Assembly (NCBI GenBank): GCA_038245255.1
Contig: JBBRSQ010000003.1
Coordinates: 1 to 50,561, forward strand
DNA length: 50,561 bases
Source: Patescibacteria group bacterium
Lineage (GTDB): Bacteria; Patescibacteriota; Patescibacteriia; Patescibacteriales; UBA12465
Direction: 5' to 3'
Shown here: positions 1 to 8,734 of the stretch, one piece after another
Numbering within the stretch: position 1 is the first letter of the stretch
Layout of the letters: each line of letters opens with the position of its first letter
The notes under the pieces: model-generated
Seen by the model: only the letters and a program-made list of their open reading frames with translations
Told to the model about the DNA's origin: nothing
The model's database searches: none
Made by a program: the position numbers and the translations under genes

Positions 1-163
1 AAATTAAACCAATTGTAAGTAGTATAAATCCTATTGGTATTAATCCAAAGGGTTCAATAAGTGTGCCGTCAGCAGATATTTTTGATCCGATTGCGGCATA
101 AGAAAGAAAACAAATAACCCCAAGGGCGAATGAAGTTAAGGAGAAATAGTAAATTTTTTTCAT
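1..163 (-). CDS. Small membrane protein, DUF3955-like; 3' end runs off the window
   Basis: Hand translation from ATG at 163 (alternative ATG at 169): MKKIYYFSLTSFALGVICFLSYAAIGSKISADGTLIEPFGLIPIGFILLTIGLI...; two TM segments around a GS-x4-G-x-L-x-EPF-x-LIP motif. Not in the ORF track. Confidence 0.65.
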   Translation of the reverse strand, partial: MKKIYYFSLTSFALGVICFLSYAAIGSKISADGTLIEPFGLIPIGFILLTIGLI

Positions 164-268
164 ATTCATTATTAGCTTATTAATCTATACTTACTATATT
201 ACACCACCCCGGTATGATAAACTACCCGTACTCGACGATTTTAAAATCCTTATGTTACAATTTAAATT

Positions 269-517
269 ATGAAATTAACAAATGAAAGCTACATAATATC
301 AATCGGCACTAAAAATTTCACTGAAAAATATTTTCGTGACCAGGACGCTTGGGTTAAGGTTTCCGCAAAAGGTACTAAATTTCGGATGACAGCTGAACAA
401 GTTCTTAATCATCTATTGCCCGTAATATCTGGTATAAAACCAAATCTCACCCTGGAAGTTAAATATAAAGAAAAAATAGTTTCAAAAAGAAAAAAAGTAA
501 ACAAAAAAAGTCCATAA
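269..517 (+). CDS. Hypothetical protein (82 aa)
   Basis: ORF track; ends in a terminator hairpin; no motif recognised. Confidence 0.6.
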   Translation: MKLTNESYIISIGTKNFTEKYFRDQDAWVKVSAKGTKFRMTAEQVLNHLLPVISGIKPNLTLEVKYKEKIVSKRKKVNKKSP

Positions 518-531
518 ATAAAGGACTTTTT
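505..531. terminator. Bidirectional intrinsic terminator
   Basis: AAAAAGTCC-N9-GGACTTTTT between convergent ORFs. Confidence 0.6.
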
Positions 532-532
532 C

Positions 533-700
533 TTACAAAAAAGAATCAACTAAAATTTCCTGTTTATTTTTTTCTAAGTCCTCGCTGTTATCACTAAAAA
601 TAATTACTTGGCTATTTTCTTTTTTTAAAAATGTGGCTAGTGAGAGGCCGAATCCTTTGCTGCCGCCAGTAATTACTACGACTTTATTATTTAAATCCAT
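533..700 (-). pseudogene. Truncated short-chain dehydrogenase/reductase (N-terminal 55 aa only)
   Basis: Hand translation MDLNNKVVVITGGSKGFGLSLATFLKKENSQVIIFSDNSEDLEKNKQEILVDSFL*; TGxxxGxG Rossmann motif present, catalytic YxxxK region absent. Confidence 0.75.
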
Positions 701-709
701 ACTATTTTA

Positions 710-1207
710 TTAATTTATTAATGACTCTCTAAGAAAAAGACTGTCTCTAATTTGAATAAAGCCACCCTCATATCCCTCTGGCGCATCACCCTCTAATAAT
801 TTAATGGCTTCGTCTAGGGACACCCACTTTATCTCAAAACCATTACTAATTTCCTCTTTAGTAAAATCTGGCGATCCTTTTTCGCCAACTACATTAGCCA
901 CATAACAATACGAATTCTGTTTCAATGACCACTTATCTCTATATTCAATGATTTCTCCTAATTCACGGACTACCTCAACATTACAACCAATTTCTTCCAA
1001 ACATTCTCTTTTAAGAGCTTCTTCAATATTTTCGTCGCCTTCTAAGCCTCCGCCTGGTAATTTATGGTAGTTCAATTTGCTAACAAAAAGAATTCCAATG
1101 TTTTTATCTTTATCAAAAACAACTGCCCTGGCCGCTCTACGAATTTGAAATTTACTAATTTCCTCATCTGTAAAATTATTAGCCTGTATTATTTTAATGA
1201 TTTTCAT
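710..1207 (-). CDS. NUDIX hydrolase
   Basis: Nudix box GGLEGDENIEEALKRECLEEIG. Confidence 0.9.
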   Translation of the reverse strand: MKIIKIIQANNFTDEEISKFQIRRAARAVVFDKDKNIGILFVSKLNYHKLPGGGLEGDENIEEALKRECLEEIGCNVEVVRELGEIIEYRDKWSLKQNSYCYVANVVGEKGSPDFTKEEISNGFEIKWVSLDEAIKLLEGDAPEGYEGGFIQIRDSLFLRESLIN

Positions 1208-1355
1208 ATAATATGATTATATTACAAATATTCTAAATTAGTAAATACAAACTTATTAAGGATAAAATTAATTTTTCTCTAAAACAAAAATGACTCTAAT
1301 ATTAGGCTGGCCATAAAAAAATTGCTTACGAACCACTTTCTCCCCTTATATAACA

Positions 1356-1385
1356 GAAAAAACGAGCTTTTAAACTCGTCTTTTC
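1356..1385 (-). terminator. Intrinsic terminator downstream of the displaced tRNA-His 3' end
   Basis: Minus strand GAAAAGACGAG-N8-CTCGTTTTTTC, immediately after the CCA-bearing duplicate at 1390-1407. Confidence 0.6.
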
Positions 1386-1391
1386 CAAATG

Positions 1392-1619
1392 GGGTGCCTA
1401 AAGGGAAAGCGCGCTCGCTTTCTTATCAGAAAGCTCACTTGTCCAGACCGGCCGCTAAGCGCTACGCTCGCTCGCGCTTATCGTCGCTCGTCTAATAGTC
1501 GTCGCTACACGCTCCTCCTATTGTCTCGCTCGCCGCTTGTCCGATTCCCTGGCTGTTCCAGCCATAATAAAAACATCCCAAAATTTGGGATGTTTTTATT
1601 ATAGGGTGCCTAAAGGGAA
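1392..1619 (-). mobile_element. 212-bp non-autonomous element inserted in the tRNA-His 3' end (att-like 16-bp direct repeats)
   Basis: GGGTGCCTAAAGGGAA at 1392-1407 and 1604-1619; GC-rich interior; 19-bp perfect inverted repeat 1564-1602; inverted T-arm copy 1539-1550. Confidence 0.65.
1564..1602. terminator. Long perfect hairpin / terminator directly after tRNA-His
   Basis: ATAATAAAAACATCCCAAA-A-TTTGGGATGTTTTTATTAT (19-bp inverted repeat). Confidence 0.75.
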
Positions 1620-1676
1620 TCGGACCCTTGATAACAGGACCACAACCTGCTGTGTTACCATTACACCATAGGCACC
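1605..1676 (-). tRNA. tRNA-His(GTG)
   Basis: Cloverleaf with G-1:C73; anticodon arm GCAGG-TTGTGGT-CCTGT; T-loop TCCGATT; CCA not encoded (CTA). Confidence 0.95.
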
Positions 1677-1699
1677 ATAAATTTGTTTTTTGTAAAACG

Positions 1700-1771
1700 T
1701 ACGCCCGGGGGGAGTCGAACCCTCGTCTAAAGCTTAGAAGGCTTCCGTTCTATCCGCTGAACTACGGGCGC
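1700..1771 (-). tRNA. tRNA-Arg(TCT)
   Basis: Acceptor GCGCCCG/CGGGCGT; anticodon arm GAAGC-CTTCTAA-GCTTT; GTTCGA T-loop. Confidence 0.95.
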
Positions 1772-1800
1772 AAAAAGTGAATTTATTTAATTCTTGTCTT

Positions 1801-1829
1801 ATATTAATAGAAATAAGCTGTCTTGTCAA
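1801..1829 (-). promoter_or_regulatory. Sigma70-type promoter for tRNA-Arg/tRNA-His
   Basis: TTGACA-17 bp-TAATAT on the minus strand, about 30 nt upstream of tRNA-Arg. Confidence 0.6.
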
Positions 1830-1858
1830 ATATTACTTGTTCCTTATATTCTTTAGTC

Positions 1859-2644
1859 TTACTCTCCTCTTTGGCGTCTTGCCTCATAAATAAGTAAGGC
1901 GGCCGAGACAGAAACATTAAGGGAGTCAATTCCCTTTTCCATGGGTATCTTAACTAATTTATCAGCTTTTTTTAACCATTTTTCACTTAATCCATTAGCC
2001 TCTGATCCTAAGACTACGGCCAAAGGGCCATCCATTTTCTCCTTTGTGTAGCTATTTTTAACTCCAGTCGCCGCCGCATAGCTCAAAATTTTATTATCCG
2101 ATAACCATTTTAATGTTTCCTCAGTTGTCGTAATCACAATCGTTTTGTTAAATACAAAACCCTCACTTGCGCGAATAACATTTGGGTTATAAATATCTGT
2201 TTGACCGTCATTAATAATTATCAAATCTACTCCGGCCGCATAAGCGGTTCTAATAATTGCGCCAAGATTACCTGGCTTTTCAACTGCTTCTAAAACAACG
2301 ATTAATGGATTTTTTGATAATTTTATGTTTTTCAACTTTTGTTTTTCAACTTTCGCAACGGCCAAATAACCACCCGGACTATCCTTATAACATATTTTAT
2401 TAAATACTGATTCTGAAACCTCGGTAATAATGTCTGTTTTTAAACCAAAAAAAGTGTTGGCTGGTTTTTTTATTAAATTAGGGCAATAATACAACTCTAA
2501 AATCTCTATTCCCGCCTTTTTTGCTAATTCAATTTCACGTGTACCATCAATAATAATAAGCCCCTTTTTCTTTCTTTCTCCAGACTTTTTCAAATTCACC
2601 AAGTCTTTTATTTTTTGATTATTTGTGCTAGTTATTATATTCAT
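1859..2644 (-). CDS. TrmH/SpoU family RNA 2'-O-methyltransferase
   Basis: Motifs LEAVEKPGNLGAIIRTA, VLGSEANGLS, IPM..IDSLNVSVSA; start placed at MNIITS (ORF track starts at 2665). Confidence 0.92.
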   Translation of the reverse strand: MNIITSTNNQKIKDLVNLKKSGERKKKGLIIIDGTREIELAKKAGIEILELYYCPNLIKKPANTFFGLKTDIITEVSESVFNKICYKDSPGGYLAVAKVEKQKLKNIKLSKNPLIVVLEAVEKPGNLGAIIRTAYAAGVDLIIINDGQTDIYNPNVIRASEGFVFNKTIVITTTEETLKWLSDNKILSYAAATGVKNSYTKEKMDGPLAVVLGSEANGLSEKWLKKADKLVKIPMEKGIDSLNVSVSAALLIYEARRQRGE

Positions 2645-2752
2645 AGTATTTACATTATAAATCAATTAATTTCAAATACCTAGGCTGTATTTTATCTAAT
2701 TCTAAAAAGTTCAAATTTCTGCTATAATAAGCTTATCTTAATAATATATTTT

Positions 2753-5593
2753 ATGCCAATTCCACAATTACATACACACAAAACTGTCGCCTGGAGAGAC
2801 GCCAGCGCTAAAAATAGTTCAAAAAAGAACCATAAAAAAAGCTTTAAGCATCGTTTGCTTATGATTGCCTTGAGTCTTTTTGGGCTTGGAGTTGTTTCTT
2901 TATTAATATTATTTGCTTGGCTATCTTATGATTTACCTAATCCTAACCAATTAATTAATCGCGAAGTAGCTCAAAGTACTAAAATATACGACCGCACCGG
3001 AGAAAACGTTCTTTACGAAATTAGTGGTGACGAGCGGCGCACCCTTGTTCCCTTAACTGAAATCCCTGACTACGTAAAACAGGCAACGATTGCAATTGAA
3101 GATAAAAACTTTTATAAGCATGGTGGCTTTAGTGTTTGGGCAATGGCCCGAACTGCCATTACTAATGTTTTATATAGTCGCAGCGCCGGTGGATCGACTT
3201 TAACTCAGCAATTTATAAAAAATGCTGTTTTATCTAATGAAAAAACTTTAACCAGAAAAGCTAAAGAATTAATAATGTCATATCAACTAGAAAAAAGGTT
3301 TTCAAAGAACGAAATTCTACAAATGTATTTAAACGAAATCCCTTACGGCTCTAATGCTTATGGCGTTGAAGCCGCTAGTCAAAAATATTTTGGTAAAAGT
3401 GTTCGCGATCTAAGTTTAGCTGAGTCCGCTATTTTAGCTGCTCTGCCGCAATCACCGAGCCGTTATTCACCTTATGGAGCTAATAAAGATTTACTTCTGG
3501 GGCGTAAAGATTACATTTTAAATTTAATGACTGAACAGGGATATATAACAAAAACCGAGGCAGAAACTGCTAAAGCTCAAGAAATTGTTTTTAAAGGAAG
3601 AGACAATAATATTACCGCTCCCCATTTTGTAATGTACATAAAAGATATACTCTCGGAAAAATATGGAGAAAAAATGATTGAACAGGAAGGCTTAAAAATA
3701 TATACGACTCTTGATTTATATAAACAAAAAATTGCCGAAGAGGTTATTACTGAAAAAACCAAGGATTACCCTACTAAATATGGCGCTAATAATGCTGCGC
3801 TCGTTTCAATTGATCCTAAAACCGGACAGATATTAGCCATGGTTGGCTCCCGTGATTATTTTGATGATTCAATAGATGGCCAAGTTAATGTTACAACTCG
3901 CCCGCGCCAACCAGGATCTTCTATAAAACCAATTGTTTATGCCTCTTTATTTGAAAAAGGATATACGCCAGACACAATCTTATATGATGTTGTAACTAAT
4001 TTTTCAACAAATTCTAGTGATCCATATATTCCCCATGACTACGATCTTCATGAACGTGGCCCAGTTTCAATTCGAAAAGCTTTAGCTGGTTCATTAAATA
4101 TTCCGGCTGTTAAAGCAATTTACTTAGCTGGTATTAATAACGTTATTGATTTAGCCGAAAATCTTGGCTATACAACTTTTGCTGACCGTAGTCGTTTTGG
4201 TTTATCGTTAGTTTTAGGTGGCGGCGAAGTTAAATTACTTGAACACGTTAATGCTTTCAGTGCCTTCGCTCGCGATGGTCAGCTCAGTCCAATTGTTAGT
4301 ATTTTAAAAGTTGAAGATAAGAATGGTAAAATCATTGAAGAATATAAACCGACCGAGAAAAAGGTTTTAGATTCACAAATAGTACGAATGATTAATAGTA
4401 TTTTAAGTGATAACGCCGCTCGAACTTATGTGTTCGGCGCTAAAAATAATCTTACACTGAGTGATCGTCCCGTAGCTGCAAAAACGGGAACGACCAATGA
4501 TTACTATGATGCTTGGACAATTGGCTACACTCCGTCCCTAGTTACTGGCGTCTGGGTTGGCAATAGTAATAATGACCAAATGAAAGGTAAGCCTGATGGT
4601 AGTGTTGTCGCCGCACCAATTTGGCATGATTATATGAATAAAGTTTTAGCGGGAACACCAGTTGAAAACTTTAAGGAGCCCGATGATTACAAGACCGGGA
4701 AACCGATTCTAGACGGTCAAATTCCGACGCAACTCGTAAAGGTGGATGTGAGTTCAAATACTTTAGCCACGGACGCTACGCCGCCAGAATTTATCGAAGA
4801 AAAAAACGTGACACTTCATCATAATATTTTATTTTATGTTGACCGCAGCGATCCACGGGGTCCCTCTCCTAAAGATCCAACCAGTGACCCTCAATATTTA
4901 CTTTGGGAAGTGCCGGTCCAAAAATGGGCGACCAAAAATGCTAGCTCTTCAGACTTTGTTTTGCCAGAAAATTATAATGAACTTCATAAGCCAGAAAATA
5001 AGCCGACCCTTGAGGTGATTTCGCCATCAAACAACGAAACAATCAACGTCGCGAGTCTTGAGGTTAAAATTAAAACCTCATCACCACGTGGCGTTAAACG
5101 TATTAATTATTATATTAATAACAACCTGTGGCACACAAAAACAGGAAATCTAGATGCTTTAGTAATCCCTCTTAATAATCTCGGTAATGGTTATCAAAAT
5201 CTAAAAGTCCAAGCTTGTGATGATATTGGAAATTGTAGTGATGAAACAGTAAACTTCAATTTATTAATTAAAGATAATCCAGTTTCAATTTCTAAAAATA
5301 GTATATCTTTAATTTCGCCAAGTTCGAGTTTGGCTCTTAATTTAATCGACTTCCCCTTGCCGATAGTTTTCCAAGTCGCCAATCCCGTAAGACTTTCTCA
5401 ACTAAATTTGGTTTTACGAGATGCTGAAGGAAAAATAACAGTCCCAAATATAATTAAATCTTTTTCCTCAAATCCTATAAATATTTCCTTAGAGTCGGCC
5501 CCAAAATCAGGTGTTTATTCTATTTTCGGAGAACTACATGATTTAAATGGCGATATTATAAAAAGTAATGAAATAATACTAACGGTTAAATAA
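2753..5593 (+). CDS. Class A bifunctional penicillin-binding protein (PBP1A family) with C-terminal Ig-like extension
   Basis: N-terminal TM; GT51 motifs EDKNFYKHGG and GGSTLTQQ; transpeptidase motifs SSIK, SLN and KTGT; extended -10 TGCTATAAT at 2720-2728. Confidence 0.95.
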   Translation: MPIPQLHTHKTVAWRDASAKNSSKKNHKKSFKHRLLMIALSLFGLGVVSLLILFAWLSYDLPNPNQLINREVAQSTKIYDRTGENVLYEISGDERRTLVPLTEIPDYVKQATIAIEDKNFYKHGGFSVWAMARTAITNVLYSRSAGGSTLTQQFIKNAVLSNEKTLTRKAKELIMSYQLEKRFSKNEILQMYLNEIPYGSNAYGVEAASQKYFGKSVRDLSLAESAILAALPQSPSRYSPYGANKDLLLGRKDYILNLMTEQGYITKTEAETAKAQEIVFKGRDNNITAPHFVMYIKDILSEKYGEKMIEQEGLKIYTTLDLYKQKIAEEVITEKTKDYPTKYGANNAALVSIDPKTGQILAMVGSRDYFDDSIDGQVNVTTRPRQPGSSIKPIVYASLFEKGYTPDTILYDVVTNFSTNSSDPYIPHDYDLHERGPVSIRKALAGSLNIPAVKAIYLAGINNVIDLAENLGYTTFADRSRFGLSLVLGGGEVKLLEHVNAFSAFARDGQLSPIVSILKVEDKNGKIIEEYKPTEKKVLDSQIVRMINSILSDNAARTYVFGAKNNLTLSDRPVAAKTGTTNDYYDAWTIGYTPSLVTGVWVGNSNNDQMKGKPDGSVVAAPIWHDYMNKVLAGTPVENFKEPDDYKTGKPILDGQIPTQLVKVDVSSNTLATDATPPEFIEEKNVTLHHNILFYVDRSDPRGPSPKDPTSDPQYLLWEVPVQKWATKNASSSDFVLPENYNELHKPENKPTLEVISPSNNETINVASLEVKIKTSSPRGVKRINYYINNNLWHTKTGNLDALVIPLNNLGNGYQNLKVQACDDIGNCSDETVNFNLLIKDNPVSISKNSISLISPSSSLALNLIDFPLPIVFQVANPVRLSQLNLVLRDAEGKITVPNIIKSFSSNPINISLESAPKSGVYSIFGELHDLNGDIIKSNEIILTVK

Positions 5594-5606
5594 ACCAAAA
5601 ACTTAT

Positions 5607-5637
5607 AAAAAAATCATCCTTCCTGGGTGATTTTTTT
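5607..5637. terminator. Bidirectional terminator between the PBP gene and dnaN
   Basis: AAAAAATCATCC-TTCCT-GGGTGATTTTTT. Confidence 0.65.
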
Positions 5638-5672
5638 AATTTATTTATGTGTTTCTTCTTAATGTTTTTTTC

Positions 5673-6797
5673 TTACTGACGAATAGGCATGACAATATAT
5701 AAATACGTTTCATCTTTCTCAGGTTTTAAAACACAAGGAGTAGTGTTGTTTAAGACATTAATTCTGACCACATCGCCTTCAATATTGTTTAAACCATCTA
5801 GTAAATAACGATAGTTTATTGTAACTTCATTATCCCCACCCCTAACATCAGCCTCAAGTTCAATTTGGCTCTCACCACTGGTTCCTGAAAACGCTGAGAC
5901 GACAATTTTTCCTTTAAAAAATAATAGGGTTATATCATTTATTCCTGTTTTGGAAAATAAGGCCGCTGCCTTAACCGCCCTAATCATTTCCGCTCTTTCA
6001 ATAAGAACATTAGTTTGACTTGATGCCGGAATAATTTGTTTATAGTCAGGATAGTGACCATTAATTAAGCGGGAGATTATTTCAACCGAATCAACTGTAA
6101 ATAAAATTTGATTATCTGACAAATATATTTTTACTTCCTGATCACCATCAACTTCTGACCCCTCAATATTATTTAAAATTCTTAATACCTCTTGAACTGT
6201 TTTAGCGGGCACAATTATTTTTTGTTCGCCTTCAATATCACTTACTTTAACCTCTAATTCACTTTCCGCTAGCCGATAACTGTCAGTGGCCGCTAAGTTC
6301 AATTTAGTTTTATTGAAGTCAAATAAGACGCCGGTTAATTCAATTCTATTTTCACTACTTGAAACTGCAAAAACAACACTATTTAAAGCTTTTTTTAATT
6401 CATTACACTTACATGAATAAAAACCTTGTCTCGGTAGAGTTGGAATTAAGGGAAACTCTTTTGCCTCTTCGCCTTTAATTTTTGTTTTATAATTTCCACA
6501 TTCTACTTTAAGTTCATTTCCCGCCATTTCCAATTTAACCTTTTCCCCACTATTTAAAAGATTAACATATTCACTTATTAATTTAGAGTCGACTGTAAAT
6601 TGACCCTCAGTTTCAATCTTTCCTCGAAGTTGATGAGTTATTCCAATTTCAAGATTAGTGCTAATAAATTCTATATTACCTTTTTCGGCTCTAATTAAAA
6701 TATTACTAAGAATTGGTAAATTTATATTTCTGGTTGTGATGTGCCCAGTAATATTTAAGCCTCTTTTTAAATTTTCTTGTAAGCTTATAAATTGCAT
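5673..6797 (-). CDS. dnaN: DNA polymerase III beta clamp
   Basis: PILSNILI, STNLEIGI, ATDSYRLA, SRLINGHYPDY and C-terminal YIVMPIR; directly downstream of dnaA. Confidence 0.98.
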   Translation of the reverse strand: MQFISLQENLKRGLNITGHITTRNINLPILSNILIRAEKGNIEFISTNLEIGITHQLRGKIETEGQFTVDSKLISEYVNLLNSGEKVKLEMAGNELKVECGNYKTKIKGEEAKEFPLIPTLPRQGFYSCKCNELKKALNSVVFAVSSSENRIELTGVLFDFNKTKLNLAATDSYRLAESELEVKVSDIEGEQKIIVPAKTVQEVLRILNNIEGSEVDGDQEVKIYLSDNQILFTVDSVEIISRLINGHYPDYKQIIPASSQTNVLIERAEMIRAVKAAALFSKTGINDITLLFFKGKIVVSAFSGTSGESQIELEADVRGGDNEVTINYRYLLDGLNNIEGDVVRINVLNNTTPCVLKPEKDETYLYIVMPIRQ

Positions 6798-7079
6798 ATG
6801 TTTATTTATCTGTATTATATATTAATTTATATATAAATATATAATAACAATAATAAGGGACGGGATAACTTTTTAATTTTGCTATTTTTAAACTTTTCGT
6901 TGGGAAAAATGTAGATTTTCTTGTTGATATAGCAGTTAGTAGTTAGGGTAAAGAAAATTGTGCTTTGTGAGTAAGTCCGCTTAATGGTTTTTTGTGCACT
7001 TTTTATAAATCTTTATTAAGACCTTAAGGACAGGATATCAACAGAGTAATTAACAGAATTTTTCAAAAACTGTTAATAA
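6798..7079. promoter_or_regulatory. Predicted oriC unwinding region (dnaA-dnaN intergenic)
   Basis: AT-only tract 6813-6841; trio-like TAA-TAA-CAA-TAA-TAA 6842-6856; GGG; degenerate DnaA boxes at 6860, 6922, 7035, 7047 and 7071. Confidence 0.65.
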
Positions 7080-8512
7080 GTGTGACCAAATAATTGACGA
7101 ATTGATTCTATTTCTTGTTTAACTTTTTCATTACCTTTTTCTTTTACCTCTTGATATATTTTATTATAAGCATGCATCGCGGTTGTATGATCGCGGCCGC
7201 CTAGTTCATTTCCAATAGTTGGATAGGAGGTATTTAACTCTTCTCTTATTAGATAAATTGCAATTTGGCGAGGCCAAACAAGTTCTTTTTTTCGACCGGC
7301 ACTAATAATATCTTTATAACTAATATTATAAAATTTCGCCACTGCTTCAATAATTTCTTTAGGGGTCAATGATTTTGTCTGAATATTAGAAATATAATCA
7401 CCTAAAACCTCTTTTACTGTTTTAAGGGACGGGGTAAGGCCTTTAAATTGATGAGAAGCAATAACTTTAATTAAAGCGCCTTCAAGTTCACGAATATTAT
7501 TTTGAACATGTTCAGCAATATATAAAAGCATTTCTCTATCAAGCGCGCCCCCTTTTTCGATACATTTCTTTTCTAGAATAGCTATTTTTGTTTCAATGTC
7601 AGGTTTCCCAACATCGGCCACCATACCCGCTTCAAACCGTGAGACTAACCTTTTTTCAATTGCGGGGATTGATTTTGGCGCCCGATCAGATGTTAAAACA
7701 ATTTGTTTGTCATTTTGAAGAAGTTCATTAAAGGTGTGAAAAAATTCTTCCTGAGTTCCATCTTTACCACCCATAAACTGAACATCATCAACTAAAAGAA
7801 GATCAACATTACGATATAAATTCTTAAATTCTTTAGCTTTTCCGGTTGTAACCGCCTGAATATAGTTATTGGTAAATTTTTCACTAGTTGTATAAAGAAT
7901 TTTGTCATTCTTTTTTGCAACTTCATTACCAATAGCTTGGAGAAGGTGAGTTTTTCCTAAGCCAACACCACCATAAATAAAAAGAGGGTTATAAGATTTC
8001 CCTAAATTATTAACAACTGCTAAACAAGCGGCGTGCGCAAGTTCATTTCCCTTGCCGACTATAAAATTTTCAAAAACATAACGTGAATTAAGTCCGTGCT
8101 TACCGACGTTATTTCCATTACCACTAACAATATTGCTATGTACAGAAGATCCTGGTCCTTGGTTTACCGAAATTAACTGATCAATACTCTTTATTTCGTT
8201 ATTACTTTGTGATTCAGTCTTTGATTCAGGGTTATTAATTTGAAAAGTGGCAGTATTTCCGCGCTTGAGATCGATTTTATAAATAATTTCCTTTATTTTC
8301 TGCTTACTAACATTTTCAAGGGCGCTGAGAGTGTTTTTATGATATTTTTCTTCAAGCCATTTTTTAACAAAAGCATTAGGGACACAAACAACAACTCTTT
8401 CATTTTCAAAAGATGAAATAAATGTATCTTTAAACCAAGTAATAAAATTAGCTCGGGATAAACTAACTTCAATCTCCCCTAAAACGGCCTGCCAAACTTG
8501 TTCATTCGTCAT
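7073..8512 (-). CDS. dnaA: Chromosomal replication initiator DnaA
   Basis: YNPLFIYGGVGLGKTHL, LLVDDVQF, QEEFFHTFN and GGRDHTT; start placed at MTNEQVW (alternatives 8518, 8533). Confidence 0.99.
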   Translation of the reverse strand: MTNEQVWQAVLGEIEVSLSRANFITWFKDTFISSFENERVVVCVPNAFVKKWLEEKYHKNTLSALENVSKQKIKEIIYKIDLKRGNTATFQINNPESKTESQSNNEIKSIDQLISVNQGPGSSVHSNIVSGNGNNVGKHGLNSRYVFENFIVGKGNELAHAACLAVVNNLGKSYNPLFIYGGVGLGKTHLLQAIGNEVAKKNDKILYTTSEKFTNNYIQAVTTGKAKEFKNLYRNVDLLLVDDVQFMGGKDGTQEEFFHTFNELLQNDKQIVLTSDRAPKSIPAIEKRLVSRFEAGMVADVGKPDIETKIAILEKKCIEKGGALDREMLLYIAEHVQNNIRELEGALIKVIASHQFKGLTPSLKTVKEVLGDYISNIQTKSLTPKEIIEAVAKFYNISYKDIISAGRKKELVWPRQIAIYLIREELNTSYPTIGNELGGRDHTTAMHAYNKIYQEVKEKGNEKVKQEIESIRQLFGHTY

Positions 8513-8589
8513 AAGCATGAGGTTTAAAATCATTTAAAAGAAATAATGATTTTGAGTTTTTATAATAATTTAATTATATTAGATAAAGC

Positions 8590-8642
8590 TGTTAATAACA
8601 AGATTGAGCCTTGTTTATGATATGTTGATAATATGTGTATAA
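8590..8642. promoter_or_regulatory. Cluster of four co-oriented DnaA-box-like 9-mers upstream of dnaA
   Basis: TGTTAATAA 8590, TGTTTATGA 8612, TGTTGATAA 8623, TGTGTATAA 8634 (spacing 22/11/11). Confidence 0.7.
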
Positions 8643-8668
8643 GTCGTTTTAGCGCAAATAAGACCGGA

Positions 8669-8697
8669 TTGACTTTAGTAAATAAAGATGTTATCTT
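8669..8697 (+). promoter_or_regulatory. Promoter of the rpmH operon
   Basis: TTGACT-17 bp-TATCTT with a TG extension. Confidence 0.55.
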
Positions 8698-8734
8698 ATA
8701 GAAACAAATCAATTATTTACGTTAAATTGTAATT

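Noticed and set aside
1392-1603. Possible intron in tRNA-His
   Set aside because: The tRNA at 1605-1676 is complete without removing anything. The insert lies after C73, is bounded by a duplication and shows no group I or group II core motifs that I could recognise.
1389-1604. 71-aa ORF on the + strand
   Set aside because: It coincides with the GC-rich tRNA-His element, is antisense to the tRNA end copy and is R/S/L-rich. A stop-poor non-coding sequence explains it.
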